A stretch of 64,000 nucleotides of DNA. Origin: Candidatus Bathyarchaeota archaeon (GTDB taxonomy: Archaea > Thermoproteota > Bathyarchaeia > Bathyarchaeales > Bathycorpusculaceae). How positions within the stretch are numbered: the first letter of the stretch is position 1; every line of letters begins with the position of its first letter. The stretch covers positions 96,001 to 160,000 of the forward strand of contig CAVRFW010000005.1 in the NCBI GenBank assembly GCA_963720565.1. The letters run 5' to 3'. The position numbers and the translations under genes are program-made. This document shows, in pieces, positions 31,579 to 41,840 of this stretch. The notes under the pieces were generated by a model that was given only the letters and a program-made list of their open reading frames with translations, ran no database searches and had not been told where the DNA came from.

Positions 31579-33408
31579 TTACATAAGGGCTAGGAGAATT
31601 ATCAAACCCAGACCCTCACAACCGAAAATCGGAACAACCGTCTGCTTTGCCCTCTGAAGAGCCTTGTCAACAAGCAGTGACAACGATTCTATTCGTGTCT
31701 TTCCGATAACTCTGACCCCTGGGACTGTAAGGCGTCGGCATCCGGCCTTGCAATTTTCAAGGTTTCCTGCTGCGACTTTCGCAGCTTCTTGGATGTAATC
31801 GATTAGAAGCTCATGGTCCATGACCTCACCCACAGGGTGATATCCCCGCCGTCCAAGTACTACCGCGCTTACGGCGTGTGTATCTGTGGTGAAAACCTCG
31901 CCATCGTGGAAACCGGCAGAGTTCAGCTCTTGCAAGATTTCTTCGCGTAACCCTGTGATCATGTTGTTTCCATCGATGATAACGTATGCTGTTTTCTGCT
32001 CAGCAACTCTAACAACAATCGCCGTTATTCCTCCAGCGCCCATTCCATCTGTTAGGCTAAATTCTTTAGGAAAAACAGTGAAAGCACCTACTTCAAAAGG
32101 ATAGGAGGGCAGAGAAATCACCTTTTCCAGACAAACAGAGGACAACTCTTGCAGAACCCCCAAGGATGCTTCCATGTCGTCCTCATCGTCTATGCTGTTG
32201 TGTGCATTAACCATAAGGGCACAATTAAAACCATATTTCGCCACTTGTTCACGGACAAGTCGACCCAACTCTTGCGGCAAATCTTCAGTGGTTTTCGGCG
32301 CTAAGGTGAAAGAAAGGAAAACGGTCTTTCCGAACACCTGACATGATACCGTGGCATAGTCATTAGTAACCTTCACAAAAGGAGAGGCTCTTTCCTCGGA
32401 AGCTGCAAACCTGGCAGAATCAATTATCTCACGGATTATTCTGTGGTTCTGCTCCTGAGAGGCCAAGTCGAGTTCATGCCCTAGAAGACCCAAAGGGATA
32501 CAAGAGGTACCGCCAAATTCCTTTTCAAACTCAAGTTTGAGCAAGGAGGGCAGTAGACTACTTCCGATGTTCTTGAATGGACCAGGGTGAACAAGAGGAA
32601 CTATGATAGCAGCCTTAGGCACGGAAGCATCAAACTTCAGCAGAGCAGCTTCGATATCAGCGTTTTCACCCAATTTCTCAAGCAACTTCTCCAAGGGCGC
32701 GTTCTCACCAACCACCCAATTCAACATAAAAGCCCTGAAGAGAGGCATCGCAGGCATCCCGTACGCTTGTTTCCCCAAACGGTCTAAAGTTAAAAGAAGA
32801 AGATAGGCGGACAAGCTAGCTACTATTGCAGAAACAGCCAAAAAGGGCAGAAAACGAAAAGTAAAATCGCTGATGAGTTTCCCCCAAAAGTACACAAAGA
32901 CACCTATGCATAGGAAAGGCTGAATAAAAGAAGCGAGCAAACGACGCAGCAACTTTTCAGATGAAGACGCCAGAAAAACAACGTTACGAAGAGTCACCAA
33001 AGCTGCAAAACCCAGAAGACATAGTTTAATCCACCACCAAACGTCAAATAGTGCTCCCAAGACGACGCCGACAATAATAAATAACAACCAGAGAACCCAG
33101 CCAAAGAGGGAAAGCGCGACTGTTCTTCTCGGTACATAAATTGGATCTTTTCCAAGTATGGTTCTGCTTATAACAATATCAATTAAAAGAGAAACGGCGA
33201 AAAGCGACGTGCCTAGCAGGAAGCTCCAGATAAATCCTTCAAGAGATGGAAAGAGAACAAAAGTCGAGAACCCAACAACACCAATACAGAGAACAGCCAT
33301 TCCAATAACAGCTCTTCTGAAGGATGGAAGGAAGAACAAAGACGAGTAGTGTTTCAACGCACTGTTCAAAGAGTGATTCAGCGAATTCTCTGTTGCCATA
33401 TCCACCAA
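31579..33408 (-). CDS. DUF2070 family membrane protein
   Basis: N-terminal TM bundle, then HPGPF, DGNN and TTDTH motifs. Confidence 0.9.
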   Translation of the reverse strand: MVDMATENSLNHSLNSALKHYSSLFFLPSFRRAVIGMAVLCIGVVGFSTFVLFPSLEGFIWSFLLGTSLFAVSLLIDIVISRTILGKDPIYVPRRTVALSLFGWVLWLLFIIVGVVLGALFDVWWWIKLCLLGFAALVTLRNVVFLASSSEKLLRRLLASFIQPFLCIGVFVYFWGKLISDFTFRFLPFLAVSAIVASLSAYLLLLTLDRLGKQAYGMPAMPLFRAFMLNWVVGENAPLEKLLEKLGENADIEAALLKFDASVPKAAIIVPLVHPGPFKNIGSSLLPSLLKLEFEKEFGGTSCIPLGLLGHELDLASQEQNHRIIREIIDSARFAASEERASPFVKVTNDYATVSCQVFGKTVFLSFTLAPKTTEDLPQELGRLVREQVAKYGFNCALMVNAHNSIDDEDDMEASLGVLQELSSVCLEKVISLPSYPFEVGAFTVFPKEFSLTDGMGAGGITAIVVRVAEQKTAYVIIDGNNMITGLREEILQELNSAGFHDGEVFTTDTHAVSAVVLGRRGYHPVGEVMDHELLIDYIQEAAKVAAGNLENCKAGCRRLTVPGVRVIGKTRIESLSLLVDKALQRAKQTVVPIFGCEGLGLIILLALM

Positions 33409-33652
33409 CTTAAGGACGGGTTTCTTATGAATTTAGACAGGATTATTAAAGTCTAGCCAAATCAGGCAGCATAACTATCACGAATCACGTTTCTTCAGCC
33501 ACAAGTTAAATGGTAACACAGAATGCTCAGCGACAAAGAACAAGAAGACCAAAGCAGTCTCCCGTGACATCCAGCAAATTGGAAAACTGTGAATGCTGCT
33601 GAGAGCAAGGGTTTTATCTATAGAGCACCTATTATAACGCTTTGCGAAGGCT

Positions 33653-33937
33653 ATGCCAGAGCAAGAACTGCCGCCGTCCATATTTCACATGCTCGAAAGG
33701 AACTTGGGAAAGAAAATTAGGGTTATTTTAGATCCAGCATACGGTTTTGAGGGAACGTTGGTCGCCGTAACCCATGAACCCTCTGGAATCTGGCTCTCTG
33801 AAGCTGAAGCCATAGTCTTAAGATCAACCATTGCTCAACCAATACCGCAGGTCGCCAGCAGGGAGGAAAGAAGCGAGCTATTCCTACATCTCAATTCGGT
33901 CCAAAGAATAGAAGTTCTACATATTCCCCGACGCTAA
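33653..33937 (+). CDS. Sm/LSm-like domain protein
   Basis: LERNLGKKIRVIL...FEGTLVA...IWLSEAE...LFLHLNSVQRIE follows the Sm1/Sm2 pattern. Confidence 0.65.
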   Translation: MPEQELPPSIFHMLERNLGKKIRVILDPAYGFEGTLVAVTHEPSGIWLSEAEAIVLRSTIAQPIPQVASREERSELFLHLNSVQRIEVLHIPRR

Positions 33938-33941
33938 ACGA

Positions 33942-34112
33942 CTATACAGGGAAAAACACTTGGGCTAAAACAGACAGCACCATCAAAGCAACTGAAAACA
34001 CAACGAGAAGTTCAGGCCTAATCTTTACGCCTTCAGTTTCTTCCTCAAAGAACCTCAGCAAACCCGCACTTGCAGCAGGCATTGGACCCGATTCTTTCTT
34101 CTTCTTGCTCAT
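33942..34112 (-). CDS. secG: Preprotein translocase subunit Sec61beta (not in ORF track)
   Basis: Translated by hand: MSKKKKESGPMPAASAGLLRFFEEETEGVKIRPELLVVFSVALMVLSVLAQVFFPV. Confidence 0.92.
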   Translation of the reverse strand: MSKKKKESGPMPAASAGLLRFFEEETEGVKIRPELLVVFSVALMVLSVLAQVFFPV

Positions 34113-34313
34113 CAAACTTCCCTGCTTCAGTTGCCCGAAGCAAGTGACTTCTATAGTTTTCTTTGTTATTAATGTTACGCAGTTTTCTTGTATTTCTTGA
34201 ATGTCTTTAAGCGCAAACGCAAGCTCGCACTTCCTGAACAGCTGACGACTTTTTAAGCGTTAACAAAACTTAGAGTTGGGGAGCAGTGACATGAATGGGA
34301 ACGGTGAAGGGTA

Positions 34314-34601
34314 TTGCATATACATGAATTTCAAGAGATGATGAGATACCTGTACATTCACAGGGATTCTGATCGTGGAGTAGAAGGAACGTATGATTGG
34401 CTTGTGGAGGAAGTTGAGGAATTGGGAGAAGCTTTGAAAGGAGAGGACAGTGAAGCTACTCAAAGAGAATTTGCCGATGTAATCGCGTGGCTATCGTCTC
34501 TTGCGAACATCGTTGGAATTGACCTTGAAAAGGCTGCAATAGAAAAGTATCGAAACGTGTGTCCAAAATGCGAAAAAGCACCGTGTCAATGCGAGTTTTA
34601 G
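34314..34601 (+). CDS. MazG-like nucleotide pyrophosphohydrolase
   Basis: WLVEEVEELGEAL...EFADV, C-terminal CPKC..PCQC. Confidence 0.9.
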   Translation: MHIHEFQEMMRYLYIHRDSDRGVEGTYDWLVEEVEELGEALKGEDSEATQREFADVIAWLSSLANIVGIDLEKAAIEKYRNVCPKCEKAPCQCEF

Positions 34602-34861
34602 GCGACCAGGCGTTTTTGCCCTAAGCCAGTCAATTCCCAAACATAGGGGCGGTTCCCCTTCCGAAGGACAGTGTTTTCTTTCTCAAGCAACTTCAGATGG
34701 TGCGCTACAACACCATATGACAATGATGTTTCTTTTGCGATGCTAGAAGCATCAGAGATTCTTGTTTCAAGAAGGTTCAGCAACACAGTTCGCGCTTTGA
34801 GACCGTTTCTAATGTTTTTAATCTGCTGCATATAGGCGTTAGGATGGTAGGTTTTCTTGAT
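34598..34861 (-). CDS. Small winged-HTH protein
   Basis: ASSIAKETSLSYGVVAHHLKLLE...WELT. ATG at 34831; possible ATC start at 34861. Confidence 0.8.
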   Translation of the reverse strand: MKKTYHPNAYMQQIKNIRNGLKARTVLLNLLETRISDASSIAKETSLSYGVVAHHLKLLEKENTVLRKGNRPYVWELTGLGQKRLVA

Positions 34862-34910
34862 GCAACTTCACCAAGTATAGATTTGTGACTCTTCTTGAAA
34901 AGCTTTAGTC

Positions 34911-37900
34911 TCAGGTAAAGTCTGCAAGACTAACCTGCTTGGGTTTTTTGTTATCGAACATTGAAGTAATTTCATCCTTTATTAAGGCAATACGTTGAGC
35001 GTAGTATTTTGGCAAGGCGTACTTGTCAATCAACCGTTGCGCTGCAGCAAGGTATTTTTCGATACCGCCACGGTAGACTGTCAGGGTTAGCAGACCGCCA
35101 CAGAAAGGACATTTCCCGCGAAGGGGTAAACGACGGAACCGTTTGTTGCACGATTTGCATCTAAACCCCTGGGTTGAGAAGGCACGAAGGTTGCCAGCAA
35201 TATCTCGAATGAAATGGGTCGTCAAAACCTTCAATGCAACATATCGCACATCAACTGCATCGATTCTTTCTCCCAAGTCAAGCTGCATGTTCAGTTTTTC
35301 AATCATAGACTTGAACTGTTTATATGAGCTATCTGCGTTGCCCAAATTTACGTTTGAAACAGGAGTTGTAAACTTGAAGCCTTCAAACTGTGCTTCGGTA
35401 CCAAGTCTATGACCAACAATATCCATCAAAGGCCGAACCGCCCTTGCTTCAACCCTTTCCATAGTCTTTTCGTAAAATTCGAGAGGATAATCCTCATCAA
35501 CATCAAAATCATGTGCCTGCCGCTGAACTTCCTTGGTGTTAATAAACGGTGTCAAAAGCAAAGGAGCATCCATTATTCCTCCTATCTGGGCTGGCAGGTA
35601 TACACGTGAGAAATTTAGGAGCGTGTCCAAAGCAAGCATTATAGTGTCTTCGTCACCGTCGCAGTCACGCCGCTTAGCCGAATGCCACACTGGATGAGCG
35701 TAGCAGAGATGCAAATTTGTGAAGCCAATGATTCGTCCCAAGATACTTACGCAAGTGTGAGGAGCCAAGCCCATAACCAAGTGCCCAATAAGATCCTCGG
35801 CGCAAGTAACCTTGTAGTAGCTTGGAAGCTTGTAAACTCGGGTCAGAAGATCGTCTATGAAAGCTGATATTCTTAGGAAGTACTCTGCAGCAGTCCAGGG
35901 AATCACAACATCTTGAATTTTAAGCTCTAAAACCTGATCTGGATCAGTGAGAGGCGCCCCATGAATATCATGAGAGTAACCTAGCAGCCTGAGCTTTTCC
36001 ACTCTGACGCCGACTTCAGCAGGTTTGAAATGAGTCAAAGGCGCGTTTGTAGCGTCGAACCGGATTGTCCCATCCTTGTAAACAGACAAATCGTGCTTAG
36101 CCCGCAAAACACCTTTTTCAATAATCTCAGGAGTCTTGTTTTGATTTGTCATTCCCTTAACACCTTTCAGGATCTTAGGAAGAGGAACATCTATCGATTT
36201 GCACGAGTTCTCTAGCAAATCCCTGAAGTTAACAGCACATCTTTGATATTGCACCGCTTCAGCTTTGCAGGTGGGACAAATAGAAGATTTCAAAGACCTC
36301 CCGCAACGCGGGCAACTATTCTCGACGTCTGTCTCGCATCCACAGTCAAAACATTTCACTCTGTCAGTGTAGATCTTGCAATTCGGGCACTTACGCCTGG
36401 CTACCTCAACAAACACAGGCCCCTTCTTACCCGCCTCCACCAAGTCTCTATGAGAACCCCCAGCCAAGCTGACCGGATAGAGAACGTGAACCAAAGGTTT
36501 CATCTCTCGCCTCTTCGCCTTCTCAGGTCTTCCCATACGCGCGCCCACGAACGTAGGAGACTTGTCCCTAATCTCCACACCAGAAAGAAATGTCACCGCC
36601 TTCAGCGCGGATTCCGCAGTTACTGTATCCAAGGTTCGAAAAGTACCATAACCGAGACAGAAGGCAAATGCCCACGCGTCTGTTCCCTCAATGACAATAT
36701 TCTCCTCTAGCACTCTGTGAGGGGCAAAAATTTTTCTACACGCCTGAACTACGCTGGAGTCACTCTTCCCAACAATCCTGCTCACAAAGCCATTCTCGGA
36801 AGTCACTTCAGAGTCTGAGAGCCATTTCCACAAAACCTCAACTTCTTGTGTAGAAGATAGATTAGACCAGAAAAAAGTGAAGGCTGGATGCAGAGGCACA
36901 TGGAATTTATGAGACAAAATAGTCGCTTCCTCAGCAGACGGCTTGTTGCTGAAGGAGTCCTGCAACAAGGCTTCAAGTCTTTCCTCAGAAATTTTCGAGA
37001 GTTCCGAAACCTTCTTCAGGTCACACCCAAAACTCTCATCAAACGCCTTTCTTAAGTCCTTAACCCACCATTCTTCAACGTAACCAGAAGGCGAGAGAGC
37101 TTTGCTGGTGTAAAGAAAATCTCCGTAACTTATCAAAATATCGCCCAAGAAAAGGATCTTGGATATTTTTCCCTTAAAATCACCGAAGTTTTCAACGGAA
37201 ACGCGAGCTACTGAACCATCCTTTAACAGGACCACAGGGGGCTCCAGAGCATCCACAGGTACTGTGACACAGCCTTTTCCAGGCAGCTCTATACGCATTT
37301 GAGTACCAGCCGCCAGAAACTTGTCAACCACAAGCATGGTTGCCGGGTGAACCCCCACAGCTGACAACCCAGTGTTTCTCGACCGACCATATCTTAGCCT
37401 AAAACCTCCGCGCCTCGAAGGAAAGGAAAAAATGGGGCGCCCAGCAATAACGTCATCCATGAAGCCAGCGGATTTCTTTTCAGATTTTTTCCGGAACTCT
37501 CCAAGCCAATCCCATCCTTGAAAGCCAAGTTTTTCGACAATAACCAAAACCTTCGGAGCTCGTCCTACGATGCCGTCGTTGACTACTCTGAGCGCTCCGC
37601 CTCTAACGCGATTAGTCTCCACTCTCTGAAGGTTCCTAAAAGAGGAGACTTCAACGGGGTCAGATTCTGTGCCAGTAACCTCAACAGGAAGCCAATTGAG
37701 TGCTTTCTTCAACTCTTCATCTGGAATATGATATTGGAAACGCCCTACCGACCGTTCGTATAGGCGAAGTTCCTCAAGGAATCGAGATATTTCCTCCGCC
37801 GTAGGTTTATACCGGTCAAGTCCGAGCAGTTTGCGTACAAAGTCACCTACAACAAGTGTCAGAGCTTGGTCTGTCCCTCCAGCCGACCTTATTGGTCCTG

Positions 37901-38348
37901 CGAAATATATACCAAGATACTTTGTACGGTCAAGGTTTGATTTTATTTTAACCTGAGCGATACCTTGTATAGGTGCTGCTGTGAGGCCTTCTGTGAAAAT
38001 CGCTAGCGCCGTACGAATTGCTTGTTCTGCTGCTGCTTCAGGTTCCATGTGCCCAAATTTGCCATGGATTATTTCTTCTGCGACTTTGAAAGCTATTTCT
38101 TCCCTTTCAAGTCTCGTGCTTAGTGCTCTTATGCTAACAGCTACATCCTTTGGTCCCACAAGTCCTTCCACGAGATCAGCTATGTCTTTAGCAATCACGC
38201 ATTCAGTCTTTAAAGTCGGATCGACCCCCTTTTCCCTTGCGTTTGCACTTATCGTATACAATAGCTCGAGCTGTTTTTCCAGGCTTCGGATATACGATTG
38301 ATAGGATTCACTCATATTATTGTTCAAGCACTTGCTCTCCGTGTACAT
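34911..38348 (-). CDS. polC: DNA polymerase D large subunit DP2, no intein evident
   Basis: YFAGPIRSAGGT, GGFRLRYGR, RMGRPEK, KRRDCDGDED, C-terminal Zn finger. Confidence 0.97.
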   Translation of the reverse strand: MYTESKCLNNNMSESYQSYIRSLEKQLELLYTISANAREKGVDPTLKTECVIAKDIADLVEGLVGPKDVAVSIRALSTRLEREEIAFKVAEEIIHGKFGHMEPEAAAEQAIRTALAIFTEGLTAAPIQGIAQVKIKSNLDRTKYLGIYFAGPIRSAGGTDQALTLVVGDFVRKLLGLDRYKPTAEEISRFLEELRLYERSVGRFQYHIPDEELKKALNWLPVEVTGTESDPVEVSSFRNLQRVETNRVRGGALRVVNDGIVGRAPKVLVIVEKLGFQGWDWLGEFRKKSEKKSAGFMDDVIAGRPIFSFPSRRGGFRLRYGRSRNTGLSAVGVHPATMLVVDKFLAAGTQMRIELPGKGCVTVPVDALEPPVVLLKDGSVARVSVENFGDFKGKISKILFLGDILISYGDFLYTSKALSPSGYVEEWWVKDLRKAFDESFGCDLKKVSELSKISEERLEALLQDSFSNKPSAEEATILSHKFHVPLHPAFTFFWSNLSSTQEVEVLWKWLSDSEVTSENGFVSRIVGKSDSSVVQACRKIFAPHRVLEENIVIEGTDAWAFAFCLGYGTFRTLDTVTAESALKAVTFLSGVEIRDKSPTFVGARMGRPEKAKRREMKPLVHVLYPVSLAGGSHRDLVEAGKKGPVFVEVARRKCPNCKIYTDRVKCFDCGCETDVENSCPRCGRSLKSSICPTCKAEAVQYQRCAVNFRDLLENSCKSIDVPLPKILKGVKGMTNQNKTPEIIEKGVLRAKHDLSVYKDGTIRFDATNAPLTHFKPAEVGVRVEKLRLLGYSHDIHGAPLTDPDQVLELKIQDVVIPWTAAEYFLRISAFIDDLLTRVYKLPSYYKVTCAEDLIGHLVMGLAPHTCVSILGRIIGFTNLHLCYAHPVWHSAKRRDCDGDEDTIMLALDTLLNFSRVYLPAQIGGIMDAPLLLTPFINTKEVQRQAHDFDVDEDYPLEFYEKTMERVEARAVRPLMDIVGHRLGTEAQFEGFKFTTPVSNVNLGNADSSYKQFKSMIEKLNMQLDLGERIDAVDVRYVALKVLTTHFIRDIAGNLRAFSTQGFRCKSCNKRFRRLPLRGKCPFCGGLLTLTVYRGGIEKYLAAAQRLIDKYALPKYYAQRIALIKDEITSMFDNKKPKQVSLADFT

Positions 38349-38441
38349 GGCAATATCGCATTTATTTTGACTTTCTAACAGAAGAACCGAAATAGCCTAT
38401 TGCAAAAGCAAATCACTTTGTCGGATTCAACTCAAACAAAC

Positions 38442-39200
38442 TCAAGTTCTACATCTTTTTATTCCATCTACAATTTCTGAAATCTGCCGCAAAGCATCAT
38501 CGCTTTCAATAAGGTTCCCCGTGACAATTATGTCTGCACCAGCTAAAGCTGCTGTTACAGCTTGCTCCTTGGTTCTTATTCCGCCACCTACTACCAGTGG
38601 GATATCAACGACCTTCTTAACAGTGTGAATCATTTCCGGAGGAACAGGATTCTTTGCTCCTGAGCCACCTTCAAGATAGATGAAGTGCATACCCAAGTAC
38701 TTAGCAGCAAGTGCATGAGCAGCGGCAAGTTCTGGTTTGTCATATGGGACAGGGATTGCTTTGCCAATTATGCTTGCTGTTCCGCCTTCACCCACAATTA
38801 TGTATCCCATCGATATGGGCTCCAAACCGAACTTCCGAACGAGAGGAGCCCCCAAAACGTGTGCGCCTATTATGAAGTACGGATCTACAGAGTTCAAAAG
38901 AGACATGAACCATATGGCATCTGCGTGTTGACTTATACCCGATACATTGTTAGGAAAAAGGATAGTTGGAAGATTAACCGTGCTTTTAATTGCTTTGACA
39001 ACGGCGTCAAGATGAACCTGCGAAACAAAAGTGGATCCTCCCACCATTATAGCTGCAGAATCACTTGCTTTCGAGTTTTCAGCAACTTGTGATGCTTGAT
39101 CAGGCGTTATCTTCTCAGGATCAACAAGAGTTATGTGAATAGAACGTTCTGCATTAATCTTTTCAAGTAAATATTTCTCAACAAGCCCTGGCAAAGGCAT
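38442..39200 (-). CDS. Geranylgeranylglyceryl phosphate synthase
   Basis: HITLVDP, IMVGGS, ILFP, YLEGGSGA, VGGGIR. Confidence 0.94.
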   Translation of the reverse strand: MPLPGLVEKYLLEKINAERSIHITLVDPEKITPDQASQVAENSKASDSAAIMVGGSTFVSQVHLDAVVKAIKSTVNLPTILFPNNVSGISQHADAIWFMSLLNSVDPYFIIGAHVLGAPLVRKFGLEPISMGYIIVGEGGTASIIGKAIPVPYDKPELAAAHALAAKYLGMHFIYLEGGSGAKNPVPPEMIHTVKKVVDIPLVVGGGIRTKEQAVTAALAGADIIVTGNLIESDDALRQISEIVDGIKRCRT

Positions 39201-39212
39201 ATCCCCTATTCG

Positions 39213-39476
39213 CTAAGCTTTTTCAGCGCCAGTTGCAGATCTTCTTGAAGAACCATAAATTCTGTCAGTCAACTTACAATAAACGTCAACTTCTCCTTGA
39301 GCAGACTTGATTGTGAATTCTTCCTGAAGACCACAACTACTGCAACCTGCTATAGCGCGAGACTCTTCCCTGAAAATTTCAACCCTAACAGTCTCTTTTC
39401 CGCATTTTGGGCAAGAGAAGAACTTTGGTAAACGTTTCTTAGGAATGTGAACAACTTTCTTCCTTCTTCGCCCCAT
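39213..39476 (-). CDS. elf1: Transcription elongation factor Elf1
   Basis: MGRRRKK...FSCPKCG...CSSCG...VDVY. Confidence 0.9.
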   Translation of the reverse strand: MGRRRKKVVHIPKKRLPKFFSCPKCGKETVRVEIFREESRAIAGCSSCGLQEEFTIKSAQGEVDVYCKLTDRIYGSSRRSATGAEKA

Positions 39477-39574
39477 AGCAACAACCGTCCTAATAGCAAG
39501 ATTACAATCCCTTATTATTTGTGCTTGTCCTTAAATATTTGCCTAATCCATAAAAAACAGGAAGGTACGCATAA

Positions 39575-40417
39575 ATGCAATTAGCATCCGACACTCTAGA
39601 AATAGACTTGTCAGAAGCCCTTACAAGAATCAAACTTTTCATTGAAGAATACATTAATAACGCGGGCGTAGATGGCATAGTGCTCGGTCTATCCGGTGGC
39701 ATTGACAGTAGCGTAGTGGCTGCGCTATGCAGCCTTTCGATAGGAGGAAACCGAGTGTTGGGTCTCCTGCTACCGGAGAGAGAAACGTACGACCCCAAAG
39801 ACATTGACGATGCAAAGTTCGTTGCAGAAAAATTCGGCATACAAACACAGGTCTGTGATATCACGCCTACGTTGAAAAGCCTCTATGCCACCATTCCTGT
39901 TTTTGATTCGAAAGAAAAGATTTGCAAAGGCAACATAAAAGCAAGAGCCAGAATGATTTACTTATACTACTATGCGAACAAATTGAACAGGATTGTATGC
40001 GGCAGCTCCGACAAGTCGGAAACAATGATGGGATACTTTACTAAATGGGGAGATGCAGCGGCAGACATAGCGCCAATTATGGATTTGTATAAGACCCAAG
40101 TCCGAAAACTCGCCATTCATTTGGGATTTCCTGATAAACTCGCAAACAAACCGGCTACTCCTGCTTTGTGGCCTGGTCAGCTTGCCGAAACAGAACTCGG
40201 CGTTAAATACGAAATCCTTGACCTTATTCTTTATGGACTTGAAAGGTTTATGACTGTGGAAGAAATAGCGCATCAATTAAACGTCAATCTTACTCTTGTT
40301 AAGAAAGTCAGAAACAAATGGCTATCAGCAGAGCACAAAAGGAGAACTCCATTGACAGTTAAGCTTGGATACAGAACCGTGGGAATAGATTTTCGACTCC
40401 CAAGAAGCGGAAACTAA
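39575..40417 (+). CDS. nadE: NAD+ synthetase (single domain)
   Basis: GLSGGIDS, NIKARARM, GYFTKWGD, SAEHKRR. Confidence 0.96.
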   Translation: MQLASDTLEIDLSEALTRIKLFIEEYINNAGVDGIVLGLSGGIDSSVVAALCSLSIGGNRVLGLLLPERETYDPKDIDDAKFVAEKFGIQTQVCDITPTLKSLYATIPVFDSKEKICKGNIKARARMIYLYYYANKLNRIVCGSSDKSETMMGYFTKWGDAAADIAPIMDLYKTQVRKLAIHLGFPDKLANKPATPALWPGQLAETELGVKYEILDLILYGLERFMTVEEIAHQLNVNLTLVKKVRNKWLSAEHKRRTPLTVKLGYRTVGIDFRLPRSGN

Positions 40418-40439
40418 CTGCTTAAGAGGGTCGTGGAAA

Positions 40440-41270
40440 ATGGAAAAAATCAGAATTGCTCTTGCACAGATTAACTCTAAACGTCAAAACAAGAAAGAGA
40501 ACCTTCAGAAAATCGAAGAATTCACCAAGAAAGCTAGAAATCAAGCTGCTGACCTAATTGTTTTTCCAGAACTCTCTCTAACCGGATATGTCATGAGAGA
40601 TCAAGTTTATGAACAGGCTGAAACAATACCTGGTCCATCGAGCAGAATAATAGAAAGTATATCAAGAAAGAATGGGATAGCCATTGTTTTTGGCATGCCA
40701 GAGCTTAGCAAGAAGGCCAAAGCAACAATATTCAACACTGCTGTCTTTGTGGGAACAAGAGGCTTAATCGGAAAGTATCGAAAAATGTATCTACCCACCC
40801 ATAGCGTCTTCGAGGAGAAAAGATATTTCCGCCCCGGACACCAAACAGTTACACTTAACACAGCCTTAGGCAATATTGGCCTCTGCATATGCTACGACCT
40901 GTTTTTTCCAGAGGTGTGTCGCCTTACCCGGTTGAAAGGTGCACAACTAATAGTAGTCATCTCAGCTTCGCCAGCAGTTCGCAAAAACTACTTTGAGGTT
41001 TTAACCACTGCTAGAGCTCTCGAAAATACGGCTTTCCTCGCATATGTTAATATGGTAGGTGTGGAGGACGGCCTGCAATTTTGGGGTGGAAGCAGACTTA
41101 TCGGACCAACGGGGGACCTTCTAGCAATAGCAAAGTATGACCAGGAAGACCTCGTTGTCTGCGACTTAAACTACAACGATATAAGAACAGCCGAACCCTC
41201 TATCCCCACACTCAGAGACCTGCGCCCAGAACTCTTCGATGAGCTCAAGAGAGAGTCAGAGCAATTCTAA
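40440..41270 (+). CDS. Carbon-nitrogen hydrolase (nitrilase superfamily)
   Basis: Glu-Lys-Cys triad FPEL, YRKMYL, ICYD; RALEN. Confidence 0.93.
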   Translation: MEKIRIALAQINSKRQNKKENLQKIEEFTKKARNQAADLIVFPELSLTGYVMRDQVYEQAETIPGPSSRIIESISRKNGIAIVFGMPELSKKAKATIFNTAVFVGTRGLIGKYRKMYLPTHSVFEEKRYFRPGHQTVTLNTALGNIGLCICYDLFFPEVCRLTRLKGAQLIVVISASPAVRKNYFEVLTTARALENTAFLAYVNMVGVEDGLQFWGGSRLIGPTGDLLAIAKYDQEDLVVCDLNYNDIRTAEPSIPTLRDLRPELFDELKRESEQF

Positions 41271-41323
41271 CTCACGAACTCGTAAGAACCACAGGAATGT
41301 GCAAAATGCAGTAACGAATGAAA

Positions 41324-41405
41324 TCACAGTAATATCACAATGCCTGTGATATCATAGAATCACCAAATGCATGAACCGTGATGCTTTGTGACAAGTGATG
41401 TCACA
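41324..41405. repeat. TGTGA/TCACA array A
   Basis: Pentamers at 41324, 41335, 41345, 41387, 41401; near-palindromes TGTGATATCATA (41345) and AGTGATGTCACA (41394). Confidence 0.75.
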
Positions 41406-41840
41406 CTATTCAGAGGAGCCCTCTGAAATAGAGTTTTCTCTCCGAGAAACCAATCAAACGAAAGTCGAATAGATAAGAACGGCAGAAAGCGTGAAAACTT
41501 GATTAGCAAGCTCTTACGGAACAACTATGTCAGAAAAACGAAGAGGCTAACAAGTTTCAAACAGTCAAAACAAATAACTACCAATTAGAACGCCTTTCAA
41601 GTCCAATAAAAAACGTCAAAAAATACCTCTTATCAATATTATAACCCTAGAATCATTTCAAAACAATTAATAGCCACATTTCTAACCCTTTTTGCGAATT
41701 AAACCAAAATTATGAACTTTTCGATACTAAAATAGAGCTGAAGAGAGATTTTGGCCTGCTTTTTGGAGCCTACGAAAGATTTAAAGATGAAGCGCGTATA
41801 CAAAATTGTATGCATTTAACATTACCGAGGAGCAACGAAA

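Noticed and set aside
34911..38348. Intein in DP2 (or in Cdc6)
   Set aside because: Lengths are normal and conserved motifs are contiguous; no intein termini or LAGLIDADG blocks seen.
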